From Bradyrhizobium sp. (lineage in GTDB: Bacteria; Pseudomonadota; Alphaproteobacteria; Rhizobiales; Xanthobacteraceae): a stretch of DNA of 34,319 nt. The translations under genes were made by a program, and so were the position numbers. Where the stretch lies: contig JBAUUA010000250.1 of NCBI GenBank assembly GCA_049582465.1, forward strand, positions 1 to 34,319. Reading direction: 5' to 3'. This document shows positions 9,575-18,597 of this stretch, piece by piece. The notes beneath the pieces are model-generated. The model was not told where the DNA came from. It saw only the letters and a program-made list of their open reading frames with translations, and made no database searches. The first letter of the stretch is position 1; each line of letters begins with the position of its first letter.

Positions 9575-9763
9575 CTAATGCGAGGTGGCTTGCGACTCGG
9601 CCTGGTCGAGATTGCATTCCCTGAAGTGATACGCGATCTCGTCGAGCGCGCGCTGCTCCCACTCTTCGGCCTGCGCCAGCCAGAAGATCTTGCGCTCGGA
9701 ATCCAGCATGGCGCGCTCCCGGCACATCAATTCCTGGCCGCGAATTTCCACCAGCTTCTTCAT
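9575..9763 (-). CDS. Small helical hypothetical protein (62 aa)
   Basis: GGAG RBS before ATG 9763; MKKLVEIRGQELMCRERAMLD...FWLAQAEEWEQRA reads like a real charged helical protein. Confidence 0.65.
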   Translation of the reverse strand: MKKLVEIRGQELMCRERAMLDSERKIFWLAQAEEWEQRALDEIAYHFRECNLDQAESQATSH

Positions 9764-9928
9764 GAACTCCACTCCCTCGGTGTGAAGCCAAATTCCTGCG
9801 TAAAGGCCAAGTTGCCTTTCAATTTTAGCAGAGTCGGGGCGAGAGTCTCTCAATTTGCTGTGTGGGAAATGTTGATTGGCTGGCATATCTCGCGGCGCAG
9901 CACGGCAAACCAAGCACTTAGCGAGCGC

Positions 9929-10540
9929 TCACCACAGCGATTGCCGCGCCCGCTCCGGCCATTCCTTGTCGTAGGCCTCGCCGCCGACCCGATTCTCGGT
10001 CATGTCGGCGAGGATCTGGCCGGGCGTCGGCAGGGTTTTCGGGTCAACCCGCTTGTCGGGATTCCACAGGTCCGAGCGCACGATGGCGCGCGCACACTGG
10101 AAATAGACTTCCTCCACCGTCATGACGATCACCGTGCGCGGCGCCTTGCCGTCCATCCGGAACGACGCCAGCAAATCCGCATCCGCAGACACTTGGGCGC
10201 GGCCGTTGACGCGCAGCGTGGAGCCGGAGCCCGGAATCAGAAACAGCAACGCAACGCGCGGATCCCTCACGATGTTGCGCAGCGAATCGACGCGGTTGTT
10301 GCCGCGGCGATCCGGCATCATCAATGTCTTTTCATCGTGGATCCGAACGAAGCCGGGCAGATCGCCGCGCGGCGAGCAATCCAGTCCCTCCGGTCCGCAG
10401 GTTGCCAGTGCCGCGAAGGGCGACTTGTCGATCAGCACGCGATATGGCGGGGTGATGCGGTTGGCGACCTTGACGGTGGAGGCCTCGCCCGGCTGGCCGT
10501 AAATCGCCTCGAGCTGTTCGATGGTCGCAATGACCGGCAT
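9929..10540 (-). CDS. Pyridoxamine 5'-phosphate oxidase-like FMN-binding protein (203 aa)
   Basis: DCSPRGD, MPDRRGNNRVDSLRNI, LLFLIPG, TLRVNGRA, YFQCARAIVRSDLW; GGGAG RBS; starts 31 nt after the phnN stop. Confidence 0.9.
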   Translation of the reverse strand: MPVIATIEQLEAIYGQPGEASTVKVANRITPPYRVLIDKSPFAALATCGPEGLDCSPRGDLPGFVRIHDEKTLMMPDRRGNNRVDSLRNIVRDPRVALLFLIPGSGSTLRVNGRAQVSADADLLASFRMDGKAPRTVIVMTVEEVYFQCARAIVRSDLWNPDKRVDPKTLPTPGQILADMTENRVGGEAYDKEWPERARQSLW

Positions 10541-10571
10541 CGCCGTTCTCCCAATATGTCCTTTGGGCGTA

Positions 10572-11156
10572 TCAACTGCCCCTGATGATCCGCAGCAACT
10601 CCTGCGCATGCGTTTCGGCGTTGCCGACATTATGGATGGTCGTGTCGGGCACCGCCGCGGCACCATCGACGGCGCGGCCGAGCCGGTCCGCGATTGGACC
10701 GTCGCTGCCGCGCGCCCGGGCCGCGAGACGCTGCTTAAGGATCTCGGGCGGCGCCGTGATCGAAACCACCACGACGTCAGCATAGGCGCGGCGCATCGGC
10801 TCGATCACGGTGCGCGATATGTTGGCAACCACCGTGCGGCCCGCGCGGAGTTCGTGATCGATCGCGCGCGGCAAGGCGTAGCCGTGGCCATGCGCCTCCC
10901 AATACACGACGAACTCGCCGTTGTCGCGCGCCTGCCGGAAGGCTTCAAAGCTCACCTGCGCGTTGTCTTCGAAGGCCGTGGCCTCCCGCGTCACCACCCG
11001 TCGGGGAAAGACGATGTTGGCGTCGCCGGCGCAGGCCGCGCGCGCAAGATTGATCAGCGTGTCCTTGCCGGCGCCGCTCGGGCCGACCACCAGCACGAGG
11101 CGGCCCGGCCCGATCGCGGCGGGATTGACATCTGATATGGCGGGGGTTTCGCTCAC
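10572..11156 (-). CDS. phnN: Ribose 1,5-bisphosphate phosphokinase PhnN
   Basis: P-loop VVGPSGAGKDT, RRVVTR, WEAHGHGYA, RLAARAR; probable GTG start overlapping the phnM stop (GTGA). Confidence 0.93.
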   Translation of the reverse strand: MSETPAISDVNPAAIGPGRLVLVVGPSGAGKDTLINLARAACAGDANIVFPRRVVTREATAFEDNAQVSFEAFRQARDNGEFVVYWEAHGHGYALPRAIDHELRAGRTVVANISRTVIEPMRRAYADVVVVSITAPPEILKQRLAARARGSDGPIADRLGRAVDGAAAVPDTTIHNVGNAETHAQELLRIIRGS

Positions 11157-12310
11157 GCCACGCGGCGTCCCTCGCGCCAGACGCTGCGCACCACGGGGCA
11201 ATCGCGCGCAACATGGACGCGGATCAGATCGGCGCGCTTGCCGGGAACGATCTCGCCGCGGTCGGCGAGACCGACCGCCTCGGCAGGTGTTTTGGTCACG
11301 GTGCGAATGGCGGAGGCCAGATCGATGTCGGGCACGCGCTGCGGCAATTGCAGCGCCGCCATCAACAGGCTCGACGGAATGTAGTCGGACGACAGGATAT
11401 CCAGCAATCCCTCGCGGGCGAGATCGACGGCGGCGATGTTGCCGGAATGCGAACCGCCGCGCACGACGTTCGGCGCGCCCATCAGGATGCCGATGCCGGC
11501 CTGGTGCAGGCCGCGCGCGGCCTCGATGGTGGTCGGAAACTCCGCCACCGACACCCGGTCGCGAACCGCATCGGCGACGTTCTCATCCGTGGTGTCGTCG
11601 TGGCTGGCGAGCGGAATCTCGTATTGATGCGCCAGCGCCACGATCTCGCGCATGTTGGTGGCGGCATGGGCCTTCTGATAGGCAAAGCGCCGTTCGAACA
11701 GCACGTCGAGTTCGGCGTCGGTCATGCCGGCCCCCTTGCCGCGGTAATAATCCCGCAGCTTGCCCTCGTCGCGGAACTGGCGCTGCCCCGGGGTGTGGTC
11801 CATCAGCGACATCAGCCGCACGTCGGGACGCCCAATTAGTTCCTTCGCTTCCTCGACCACGCTCGGCATCGGAATCTCGCAGCGCAGATGCAGGAAATGA
11901 TCCGATCGCAGCAGATTGGCCTCGCGCGCCGATGCGATCGCTTCGGCCAGCACCCCTGCTCTTCCGTCGACCTCCTCGGCGCCGTCCTCGCGCCAGACCC
12001 TTAAAGAGTCCAGCACCGTGGTGATGCCCGAGGTCGCCAGCTGCCCGTCATAGGAGACCACGGCGGCGATCGGATCCCAGAACACTTTTGGCCGCGGCAC
12101 GTAGTGCGCTTCGAGGTGATCGGTGTGCAGCTCGATCAGGCCGGGCATGATCAGGTCGCCGCCGGCATCCTCGGCCCCAGCGGGCGCCTTGCCTTCGCCG
12201 AATTCGGCGATGCGGCCATCCGCCATCGCGATCCAGCCGCGCTCGATCACGCCATCCGCCAGAACGATCCTGGCATTGCCAAGCACGGTCTCGTTCCCAG
12301 TCGAAGTCAT
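11153..12310 (-). CDS. phnM: Alpha-D-ribose 1-methylphosphonate 5-triphosphate diphosphatase PhnM
   Basis: [60 protein letters not shown]. Confidence 0.95.
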   Translation of the reverse strand: MTSTGNETVLGNARIVLADGVIERGWIAMADGRIAEFGEGKAPAGAEDAGGDLIMPGLIELHTDHLEAHYVPRPKVFWDPIAAVVSYDGQLATSGITTVLDSLRVWREDGAEEVDGRAGVLAEAIASAREANLLRSDHFLHLRCEIPMPSVVEEAKELIGRPDVRLMSLMDHTPGQRQFRDEGKLRDYYRGKGAGMTDAELDVLFERRFAYQKAHAATNMREIVALAHQYEIPLASHDDTTDENVADAVRDRVSVAEFPTTIEAARGLHQAGIGILMGAPNVVRGGSHSGNIAAVDLAREGLLDILSSDYIPSSLLMAALQLPQRVPDIDLASAIRTVTKTPAEAVGLADRGEIVPGKRADLIRVHVARDCPVVRSVWREGRRVA

Positions 12311-12323
12311 CTCAAACACTTCC

Positions 12324-13022
12324 CTATGCCGCTGCGGCAAACGATGTCACGTCAACAATCCGGTCGGCGATCAGATGGCGGATCTCGTCGTCATGGACGA
12401 TCGCCACCATGGCGACGCCGGCGCGTTTCTTTTCGCCGATCAACTCTACCACGACAGCCCGGTTGGCGGCATCGAGCGAGGCGGTCGGCTCGTCCAGCAG
12501 CAGGATCGGCAGGTCCGAAATGAAGCCGCGCGCGATGTTGACGCGCTGCTGCTCGCCGCCGGAAAAGGTCGAGGGCGGCAATGCCCATAGCCGCTCGGGA
12601 ATATTGAGACGGCGCAGCAGCGAGCCTGCCCGTTCGCGCGCCTCGGCCCGCGCCACCTCGCCCGCGATCAGCGGCTCGGCGACGACGTCGATGGTGGCAA
12701 CCCGCGGCACCGCGCGCAAAAATTGACTGACATAGCCGATGGTCGCGCGCCGCACGCTGAGCACCTGACGCGGCTCGGCCGCGGCGAGGTCGATCACATT
12801 GCCTTCGTGGCGAATCCCGATCCGGCCGCCGTCGCAGCGGTAATTGCCGAAGATCATTTTCAGGATCGAGGATTTGCCGGCCCCTGAAGGACCGGACAGC
12901 ACCACGCATTCCCCTCGCACGACCCGGAACGAGACGCCGCGCACCACCGGCAGTTCCACCCCGCCCTGCAGATGCATGACGAAGGTCTTTTCGGCGTTTT
13001 CGATCTCGATCATCGCAGTCAT
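12324..13022 (-). CDS. phnL: C-P lyase system ATP-binding protein PhnL
   Basis: KTFVMHLQGG, GPSGAGKS, GYVSQFLRAVPRV, TFSGGEQQRVNIAR, LLDEPTASLD. Confidence 0.96.
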   Translation of the reverse strand: MTAMIEIENAEKTFVMHLQGGVELPVVRGVSFRVVRGECVVLSGPSGAGKSSILKMIFGNYRCDGGRIGIRHEGNVIDLAAAEPRQVLSVRRATIGYVSQFLRAVPRVATIDVVAEPLIAGEVARAEARERAGSLLRRLNIPERLWALPPSTFSGGEQQRVNIARGFISDLPILLLDEPTASLDAANRAVVVELIGEKKRAGVAMVAIVHDDEIRHLIADRIVDVTSFAAAA

Positions 13023-13031
13023 TGGTTCAAC

Positions 13032-13820
13032 TCATGCCGGCAGAATCGACGAAACAAGCAATTGGGTATAGGGCTCGCGGGGATCGTCGAGCACCTGATC
13101 GGTCAGCCCGGTCTCGATGACGCAGCCGCCCTTCATGACCATCACCCGGTGCGACAACAGCCGCGCCACCGCAAGATCATGGGTGACGACGATGGCGGCG
13201 AGGCCGAGTTCGCTGACGAGATTGCGCAGGAGATCCAGGAGCCGCGCCTGCACCGAGACGTCGAGCCCGCCGGTCGGCTCGTCCATGAACACCAGCCGCG
13301 GCTCGGTGACGAGATTGCGCGCGATCTGCAGCCGCTGCCGCATGCCGCCGGAATAGGTACGCGGCGCATCGTCGATACGGCCGACATCGATCTCGACCCG
13401 CTCCAGCCAGGACGACGCGGTGTCCCTGATCCGGCCGTAGTGATTCCAGCCCACCGCCATCAGCCGCTCGCCGACATTGGCGCCGGCCGACACCGCCATC
13501 CGCAGGCCCTGCGCAGGATCCTGGTGCACATAGCCCCAGTCGGTGCGGAACAAGAACCGCCGCTCGGCTTCGCCGAGGGCGGCAAGATCGCGCAACACGC
13601 CGTCGCGCATCCGGTATGACACGTTTCCCGCGCTCGGCGCGAGCTGCGCCGACAGCAGCTGCAGCAGCGTGGTCTTGCCCGATCCGGACTCGCCGACGAT
13701 AGCCAGCACTTCGCCGGGATAGAGCGCAAAGGACACGTCGCGGCAGGCCGTCAGCCGGCCGTAGTTCTTGCCCAAATGATCCGCCACCAACAGCGGCCGG
13801 TCGTTCTCATACTCCGCCAT
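13032..13820 (-). CDS. phnK: C-P lyase system ATP-binding protein PhnK
   Basis: GESGSGKT, RTDWGYVHQ, VSAGANVGERL, SGGMRQRLQIARNL, GLTDQVLDDP; start MAEYEND overlaps the phnJ end by 14 nt. Confidence 0.96.
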   Translation of the reverse strand: MAEYENDRPLLVADHLGKNYGRLTACRDVSFALYPGEVLAIVGESGSGKTTLLQLLSAQLAPSAGNVSYRMRDGVLRDLAALGEAERRFLFRTDWGYVHQDPAQGLRMAVSAGANVGERLMAVGWNHYGRIRDTASSWLERVEIDVGRIDDAPRTYSGGMRQRLQIARNLVTEPRLVFMDEPTGGLDVSVQARLLDLLRNLVSELGLAAIVVTHDLAVARLLSHRVMVMKGGCVIETGLTDQVLDDPREPYTQLLVSSILPA

Positions 13821-14697
13821 GCGCGCCCTCCTTGTGCGGAGCCGCGCTCTCGGTGCCGCGATGGCCTTGTCCCTGCCGGGTCTCGCAGTAATCGGTGTCG
13901 GAGCAGACGAACATCCGGCCGCCCCGGTCGTCGGTGACGATTTCGTCGAGATAGGAATCCTCCGCCCCGCACAGCGCGCAGGGCGCATCGAACCGGTAGC
14001 GCGTGAACGGATGATCCTCGAAGTCGAGCGACTGAACTTTTGTGTGCGGCGGGATCGCATAGATACGCTTCTCGCGGCCGGCGCCGAACAATTGCAGCGC
14101 GGGACAATCGTCCATCTTCGGGTTGTCGAATTTTGGCGTCGGCGAGGGGTCCATCACGTAGCGGGCATTCACCTTCACCGGGTAGGCATAGGAGGTCGCG
14201 ATGTGGCCGAAGCGCGCGATGTCCTCATAGAGCTTGACGTGCATCAGCCCGTATTCGGCCAGCGCATGCATGCGCCGTGTTTCGGTCTCGCGCGGTTCGA
14301 GGAAGCGCAGCGGCTCGGGGATCGGCACCTGATAGACCAGCACCTGGCCGGCATGCAGCGGCGCCTCGGGAATCCGGTGCCGGGTCTGGATCACGGTCGC
14401 ATCCGCCGTCGAGGTCGTGGTTGCGACGCCGGCGGTCCTGGAGAAGAATTTGCGGATCGAGATTGCGTTGGTGGTGTCGTCGGAGCCCTGATCGATCACC
14501 TTGAGCACATCGGAAGGACCGAGGATCGCCGCCGTCACCTGCACGCCGCCGGTACCCCAGCCATAGGGCATCGGCATTTCGCGGCTGGCGAACGGCACCT
14601 GATAACCGGGGATCGCGATCGCCTTCAGGATGGCGCGGCGGATCATCCGCTTGGTCTGCTCGTCGAGATAGGCGAAATTATACGTCGGCGCGTTCAT
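13807..14697 (-). CDS. phnJ: C-P lyase radical-SAM subunit PhnJ
   Basis: YNFAYLDEQTKRMIRRAILKA, PGYQVPF, GWGTGG, and the C-terminal four-Cys motif CALC...VCSDTDYC. Confidence 0.98.
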   Translation of the reverse strand: MNAPTYNFAYLDEQTKRMIRRAILKAIAIPGYQVPFASREMPMPYGWGTGGVQVTAAILGPSDVLKVIDQGSDDTTNAISIRKFFSRTAGVATTTSTADATVIQTRHRIPEAPLHAGQVLVYQVPIPEPLRFLEPRETETRRMHALAEYGLMHVKLYEDIARFGHIATSYAYPVKVNARYVMDPSPTPKFDNPKMDDCPALQLFGAGREKRIYAIPPHTKVQSLDFEDHPFTRYRFDAPCALCGAEDSYLDEIVTDDRGGRMFVCSDTDYCETRQGQGHRGTESAAPHKEGAHGGV

Positions 14698-15797
14698 TCC
14701 GCGGCCTCCTGCAGGTCTGGCAGGCTGTCGGCCTGTTCGAATTCCTCGCGCAATTTGCGCAACAGGCCGAGCTCGGACTGGAAGTCGACGTAATGCGGCA
14801 GCTTGAGATGTTCGACGAAACCGGTCGCCTGCACATTGTCGGAATGCGACATCACGAATTCCTCATCCTGCGCGGGCGCCAAAACTTCCTCGCCGAGCTC
14901 GCGGGCGCGAAGCGCGCGGTCGACCAGCGCCATCGACATGGTCTTGCGCTCGCTCTGCCCGAAGGCGAGCCCATAGCCGCGGGTGAAGCACGGCGCTTCC
15001 GTGGCCGAGCCCTTGAACTGGTTGACCATCTGGCATTCGGTCAGCGTAATGGTGCCGAGCGGCACGGCGAAGCCGACCTCTTCGGCGAAAAATTCCACCT
15101 CGACCTCACCGAAGCGGATTTCGCCGGCGAAGGGATGGTTGCGGCCATAGCCGCGCTGCGACGAATAACCCAGCGTCAGCAAAAAGCCCTCGTCGGCGCG
15201 CGCCAGATTCTGCAGCCGCAGATCGCGGTCGGCGGGGAAGCTCAGCGGCTCGCGCGTGAGGTCGCCGACCGGCGCTTGCGCTTCGGCCTGCGGCGAAGGC
15301 TCGATCAGGCCGTCGCGGCCGAGAATGTCGGTGACGCGCGGCATCGCTGCATCCGGCGCGTCGGCCGTCGCCGGCAATTCCGGCACAAACCCTTCGGCCA
15401 GTTGCGGGTCCAGCAGCCGATGGGTGTAATCGAAGGTCGGGCCCAAGATCTGGCCGCCCGGAATGTCCTTGAAGGTCGAGGAAATCCGTCGGCGCACGGT
15501 CATCTCGCCGGTATCGACCGGCTCGGTGGCGCCGAAGCGCGGCAGCGTGGCGCGGAACGCCCGCACCAGGAAGATCGCCTCGATCATGTCGCCCCGCGCC
15601 TGCTTGATCGCGAGCGCGGCGAGTTCGCGGTCGTACAGCGAGCCTTCGCTCATCACGCGGTCGACGCCAAGCGAGAGCTGTCCGGAGATCTGATCGAGCG
15701 TTACCTCGGGGACGCCGCGATCGCCGCGGCGCTCATGCGCCAGCAGCCGATGGGCGTTCTCGATGGCGCGCTCGCCTCCCTTGACGGCGACATACAT
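14694..15797 (-). CDS. phnI: C-P lyase complex subunit PhnI
   Basis: MYVAVKGGERAI, KQARGD..EAIFL, GGQILGPTFDYTHRLL, GFVEHLKLPHYVDFQ. Confidence 0.98.
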   Translation of the reverse strand: MYVAVKGGERAIENAHRLLAHERRGDRGVPEVTLDQISGQLSLGVDRVMSEGSLYDRELAALAIKQARGDMIEAIFLVRAFRATLPRFGATEPVDTGEMTVRRRISSTFKDIPGGQILGPTFDYTHRLLDPQLAEGFVPELPATADAPDAAMPRVTDILGRDGLIEPSPQAEAQAPVGDLTREPLSFPADRDLRLQNLARADEGFLLTLGYSSQRGYGRNHPFAGEIRFGEVEVEFFAEEVGFAVPLGTITLTECQMVNQFKGSATEAPCFTRGYGLAFGQSERKTMSMALVDRALRARELGEEVLAPAQDEEFVMSHSDNVQATGFVEHLKLPHYVDFQSELGLLRKLREEFEQADSLPDLQEAAE

Positions 15798-15800
15798 GTC

Positions 15801-16409
15801 TCAATCTCCCTTCGCGGCGACCCGCGTGGTGCGCGGTATCGCGACAATGGCATCGTCAGCCACCAGCACGACATCGATGCCGCGCGGAAACAGCGCGGCA
15901 TTGATGGCGAGCCGCTCGAACAGGTCGGCAGGCTCGATCGCGGCCTGCAGCATGGCCGAGCCATCGATACCGGGGCCGCGCAGTTCGAAGCGCGCGCCCT
16001 CGGTCAAACTCCCGACCTGCAGGATCAGCGTGGTCGAACGGTCCGGATATTCATTGCTACCGAAGGCAAAGCGATCCAGCGCCGGCAGCGCGCTGGCGTC
16101 GCCGATCAGCGCAAAACTGCAGATCGAGCAATCCGCGATGACGGGCGCGCCGGTGTGGAATTTCAGCCATTTTGTCACATCGGCCGTCTCTGACATCGCG
16201 GCGTCGAGCCAGACCGGCGTGTCGTGGTCGAACAGGGTCAGCGCAATGGCGGCCGCGCCGCGCATCAGCGGCGAAGGCGCGCCGGTGGCAACCGCAATCC
16301 GCTGCATGCTCCCGGGGCGCGCCATCGCATCCATCACGGAGCGGAACGTCGACTGCGCCGACAGCACCTTGTCGGCAAAGCCCGCGGGAAGTTCGGCAAT
16401 CGTCGTCAT
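15801..16409 (-). CDS. phnH: C-P lyase complex subunit PhnH
   Basis: AQSTFRSVMDAMARPG, LTLFDHDTPVWL, WLKFHTGAP, EYPDRSTT, FPRGID, AIPRTT. Confidence 0.96.
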   Translation of the reverse strand: MTTIAELPAGFADKVLSAQSTFRSVMDAMARPGSMQRIAVATGAPSPLMRGAAAIALTLFDHDTPVWLDAAMSETADVTKWLKFHTGAPVIADCSICSFALIGDASALPALDRFAFGSNEYPDRSTTLILQVGSLTEGARFELRGPGIDGSAMLQAAIEPADLFERLAINAALFPRGIDVVLVADDAIVAIPRTTRVAAKGD

Positions 16410-16413
16410 CGCT

Positions 16414-16875
16414 TCAGCCTTCCCCGCGCACCAGCGTGTAGAAATCGACCCGCGTCGCCGCGGTCTGTCGCGCCTTCCGCTGCCGTTCGGCTGTCATGGC
16501 CGCGCGCAAGGGCGACAGCACCTTTGCTTCAAGGATTTCCGAAAATGCGTTCGACTGCACCAGCGCGTCGCACAGCGCGATCATCCGCGCCTTCTGCCGG
16601 TCGCGGCCGAGCGTGTAGCCAAAACCCACCTCGCCGGTCGCAAGCCGCACCGCCGCGCGCGACACCGTGGCCTCGCCGAGATTGAACGGCGCGCCGTCGC
16701 CGCCGATGCGGCCGCGCACCATGACGAGGCCGTTCTCCGGCTCGCGCAGATCCTCGTAAGGAGGCACGGCGACGCCGCCGAGGTGGCCGGCGATGTCGGC
16801 AGCATCCGAATGCGCCAGTACTGCCATCGCCGCCTGGCGCTGACTTTGTTTGCCGATTTCGCCGCCCGCCGCCAT
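16414..16875 (-). CDS. phnG: C-P lyase complex subunit PhnG
   Basis: REPENGLVMVRGRIGGDGAPFNLGEATV, ATRVDFYTLVRGE; start uncertain, ATG 16875 chosen because it lies downstream of the inferred promoter. Confidence 0.93.
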   Translation of the reverse strand: MAAGGEIGKQSQRQAAMAVLAHSDAADIAGHLGGVAVPPYEDLREPENGLVMVRGRIGGDGAPFNLGEATVSRAAVRLATGEVGFGYTLGRDRQKARMIALCDALVQSNAFSEILEAKVLSPLRAAMTAERQRKARQTAATRVDFYTLVRGEG

Positions 16876-16906
16876 ATCCGTTTTCCCGAATTCGGTTCTT
16901 GCCGGA

Positions 16907-16938
16907 ATCAAGTTGTCTATGATATTAGACAACTTGAT
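16907..16938. promoter_or_regulatory. Perfect palindromic operator, candidate PhnF site
   Basis: ATCAAGTTGTCTA-N6-TAGACAACTTGAT (13-bp arms) between divergent phnG and phnF; TTGTCTA/TAGACAA half-sites resemble HutC-subfamily GntR operators. Confidence 0.75.
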
Positions 16939-16949
16939 AGCGGCGCGCC

Positions 16950-16967
16950 ATGACTGTTTCGTGACAA
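16950..16967 (-). promoter_or_regulatory. Pho box (PhoB site) upstream of phnG
   Basis: Minus strand TTGTCAC-GAAA-CAGTCAT versus consensus CTGTCAT-N4-CTGTCAY; TATCAA (-10-like, 16939-16934) lies exactly 10 nt downstream. Confidence 0.82.
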
Positions 16968-17003
16968 GGGAATGATTTTTCCGATGCCCCTCCCCGGCTT
17001 CCC

Positions 17004-17732
17004 ATGAGCATGCAGGACGCAGCCTCCGGCGTGGCGCTGTGGCGGCAGGTTGCCGACGGCATCGAGCGCGGCATTGCCGATGGCAGCTTTGCCGCCGGCG
17101 AAAAGCTGCCGGGCGAAACCGAGATCGCCGAAACCTATCGCGTCAACCGCCACACCGTGCGGCGGGCGCTGGCGACGCTGGCCGAGCGCGGCCTGGTGCG
17201 CGCCGAACGCGGCAGCGGAACCTATGTTGAGGCCGCGAAGATCGCCTATCCCCTGCGCTCGCGCACGCGGTTTTCGGAAATCGTCGGCGCCGGCGGCCGC
17301 GAGCCGGACGGCCGCCTGATCGGCGCCTCCGGGGAACTCGCAAGCCGCAAACTGGCGCGGCTGCTGGGTTTAAAGACCGGCGCACCGCTGATCCGGCTCG
17401 AAGTGCTGCGACTGGCCGATCGCACGCCGATCTGCGTCAGCACCATCTGGCTCGGCGCGGAGCGCTTTCCCGAAGCGGCGCGGGTCTATGAACGGATGCG
17501 CTCGATGACGAAACTGCTGGCGCATTACGGCATCCGCGACTACCGCCGGGCCTCGACGCGCATCACGGCATCGATCGCGGACGCCACCGATGCGGCGCGG
17601 CTCGACCTTGCGCTGGGCCGTCCCGTGCTGGTGGTCGACAGCACCGACGTCGATGCCGATGGAACCCCGCTCGCCACCAAGCGCTCGCGCTTTGCGGCCG
17701 AGCGGGTCGAGTTCCTGGTGGAGAACGGCTGA
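17004..17732 (+). CDS. phnF: GntR/HutC-family phosphonate regulator PhnF
   Basis: LPGETEIAETYRVNRHTVRRAL...RGSGTYV HTH, YPLRSRTRFSE, UTRA-like C-terminus; divergent from phnG. Confidence 0.95.
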   Translation: MSMQDAASGVALWRQVADGIERGIADGSFAAGEKLPGETEIAETYRVNRHTVRRALATLAERGLVRAERGSGTYVEAAKIAYPLRSRTRFSEIVGAGGREPDGRLIGASGELASRKLARLLGLKTGAPLIRLEVLRLADRTPICVSTIWLGAERFPEAARVYERMRSMTKLLAHYGIRDYRRASTRITASIADATDAARLDLALGRPVLVVDSTDVDADGTPLATKRSRFAAERVEFLVENG

Positions 17733-17739
17733 TTGCGTC

Positions 17740-18597
17740 TTAGACGATCGCGGGGCGGCCGATGATGGCAAAGCGAAGTTTTCCCGAGATCCAGTCGATG
17801 ACCGCGACCGTCACCAGGATCATGATGACGGCGAACGCGACCTGATCGAAATCATAGGTCCTGATCTGCTCGGAGAGCTGCAGGCCGATGCCGCCGGCGC
17901 CCACGATGCCGATAATGGTCGCCGATCGCACGTTGGATTCGAAGAAATAGAGGATCTGCCCCGCGATGATCGGCAGCACCTGCGGCAACAGACCGAAACG
18001 CACGGCGAGTAATCCCGTTCCGCCGCTCGCCAGCACCGATTCCCGCGCGCGCTCCTCGGTGGACTCGATCGCTTCCGAAAACAGCTTGCCGAGCGCGCCG
18101 GTATCGGAGACCGCGATCGCGAGAATTCCCGCGAACGGACCGAGGCCGACGACCCCAACGAAGACCAGCGCCCAGATCAAGGCGTCGATGCCGCGGATGG
18201 TGTCCAGGCAGCGGCGGATGGCGAAGCGAAAGACGCCGTGAGGCGAGGTGTTCCTGGCGGCGAGAAAGCCGATCGGAAACGCCGCGACGGTCGCGATCAG
18301 CGTCCCGAGGAAGGCGATGGCAAGCGTCTCGCCCATCGCCTTGAGCAACAGGTCGAGGTGACCGCCGCTCGACGGCGGAAACATCAGTGCGACGAATTTT
18401 CCAAGAGAAGCCAGGCCCGGCCCGATCTGGCTGAACGGAATCTCAAGCCACCACACCGCAAAGACCGTCAAGCCGGCGACGCCGAACGACGCGGCCAGCG
18501 CGGAGGCGCGCCGGGCCGGCGAGCCGTCGAACAGGCGGCGGTGGCGGTCAAGCACCGCGCTTGCTTCAACGGCGTGCATGATGGGGCGCGCGCTCAT
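17740..18597 (-). CDS. phnE: Phosphonate ABC transporter permease PhnE (second copy)
   Basis: ETLAIAFLGT, VGLGPFAGILAI, GKLFSEAIE, FESNVRSATIIGIVGAGGIG; ATGA overlap with the first phnE. Confidence 0.94.
   Translation of the reverse strand: MSARPIMHAVEASAVLDRHRRLFDGSPARRASALAASFGVAGLTVFAVWWLEIPFSQIGPGLASLGKFVALMFPPSSGGHLDLLLKAMGETLAIAFLGTLIATVAAFPIGFLAARNTSPHGVFRFAIRRCLDTIRGIDALIWALVFVGVVGLGPFAGILAIAVSDTGALGKLFSEAIESTEERARESVLASGGTGLLAVRFGLLPQVLPIIAGQILYFFESNVRSATIIGIVGAGGIGLQLSEQIRTYDFDQVAFAVIMILVTVAVIDWISGKLRFAIIGRPAIV

Noticed and set aside
16907..16938. Possible FNR/FixK box (contains ATCAA and TTGAT)
   Set aside because: Half-sites are in the wrong order and spacing for TTGAT-N4-ATCAA.
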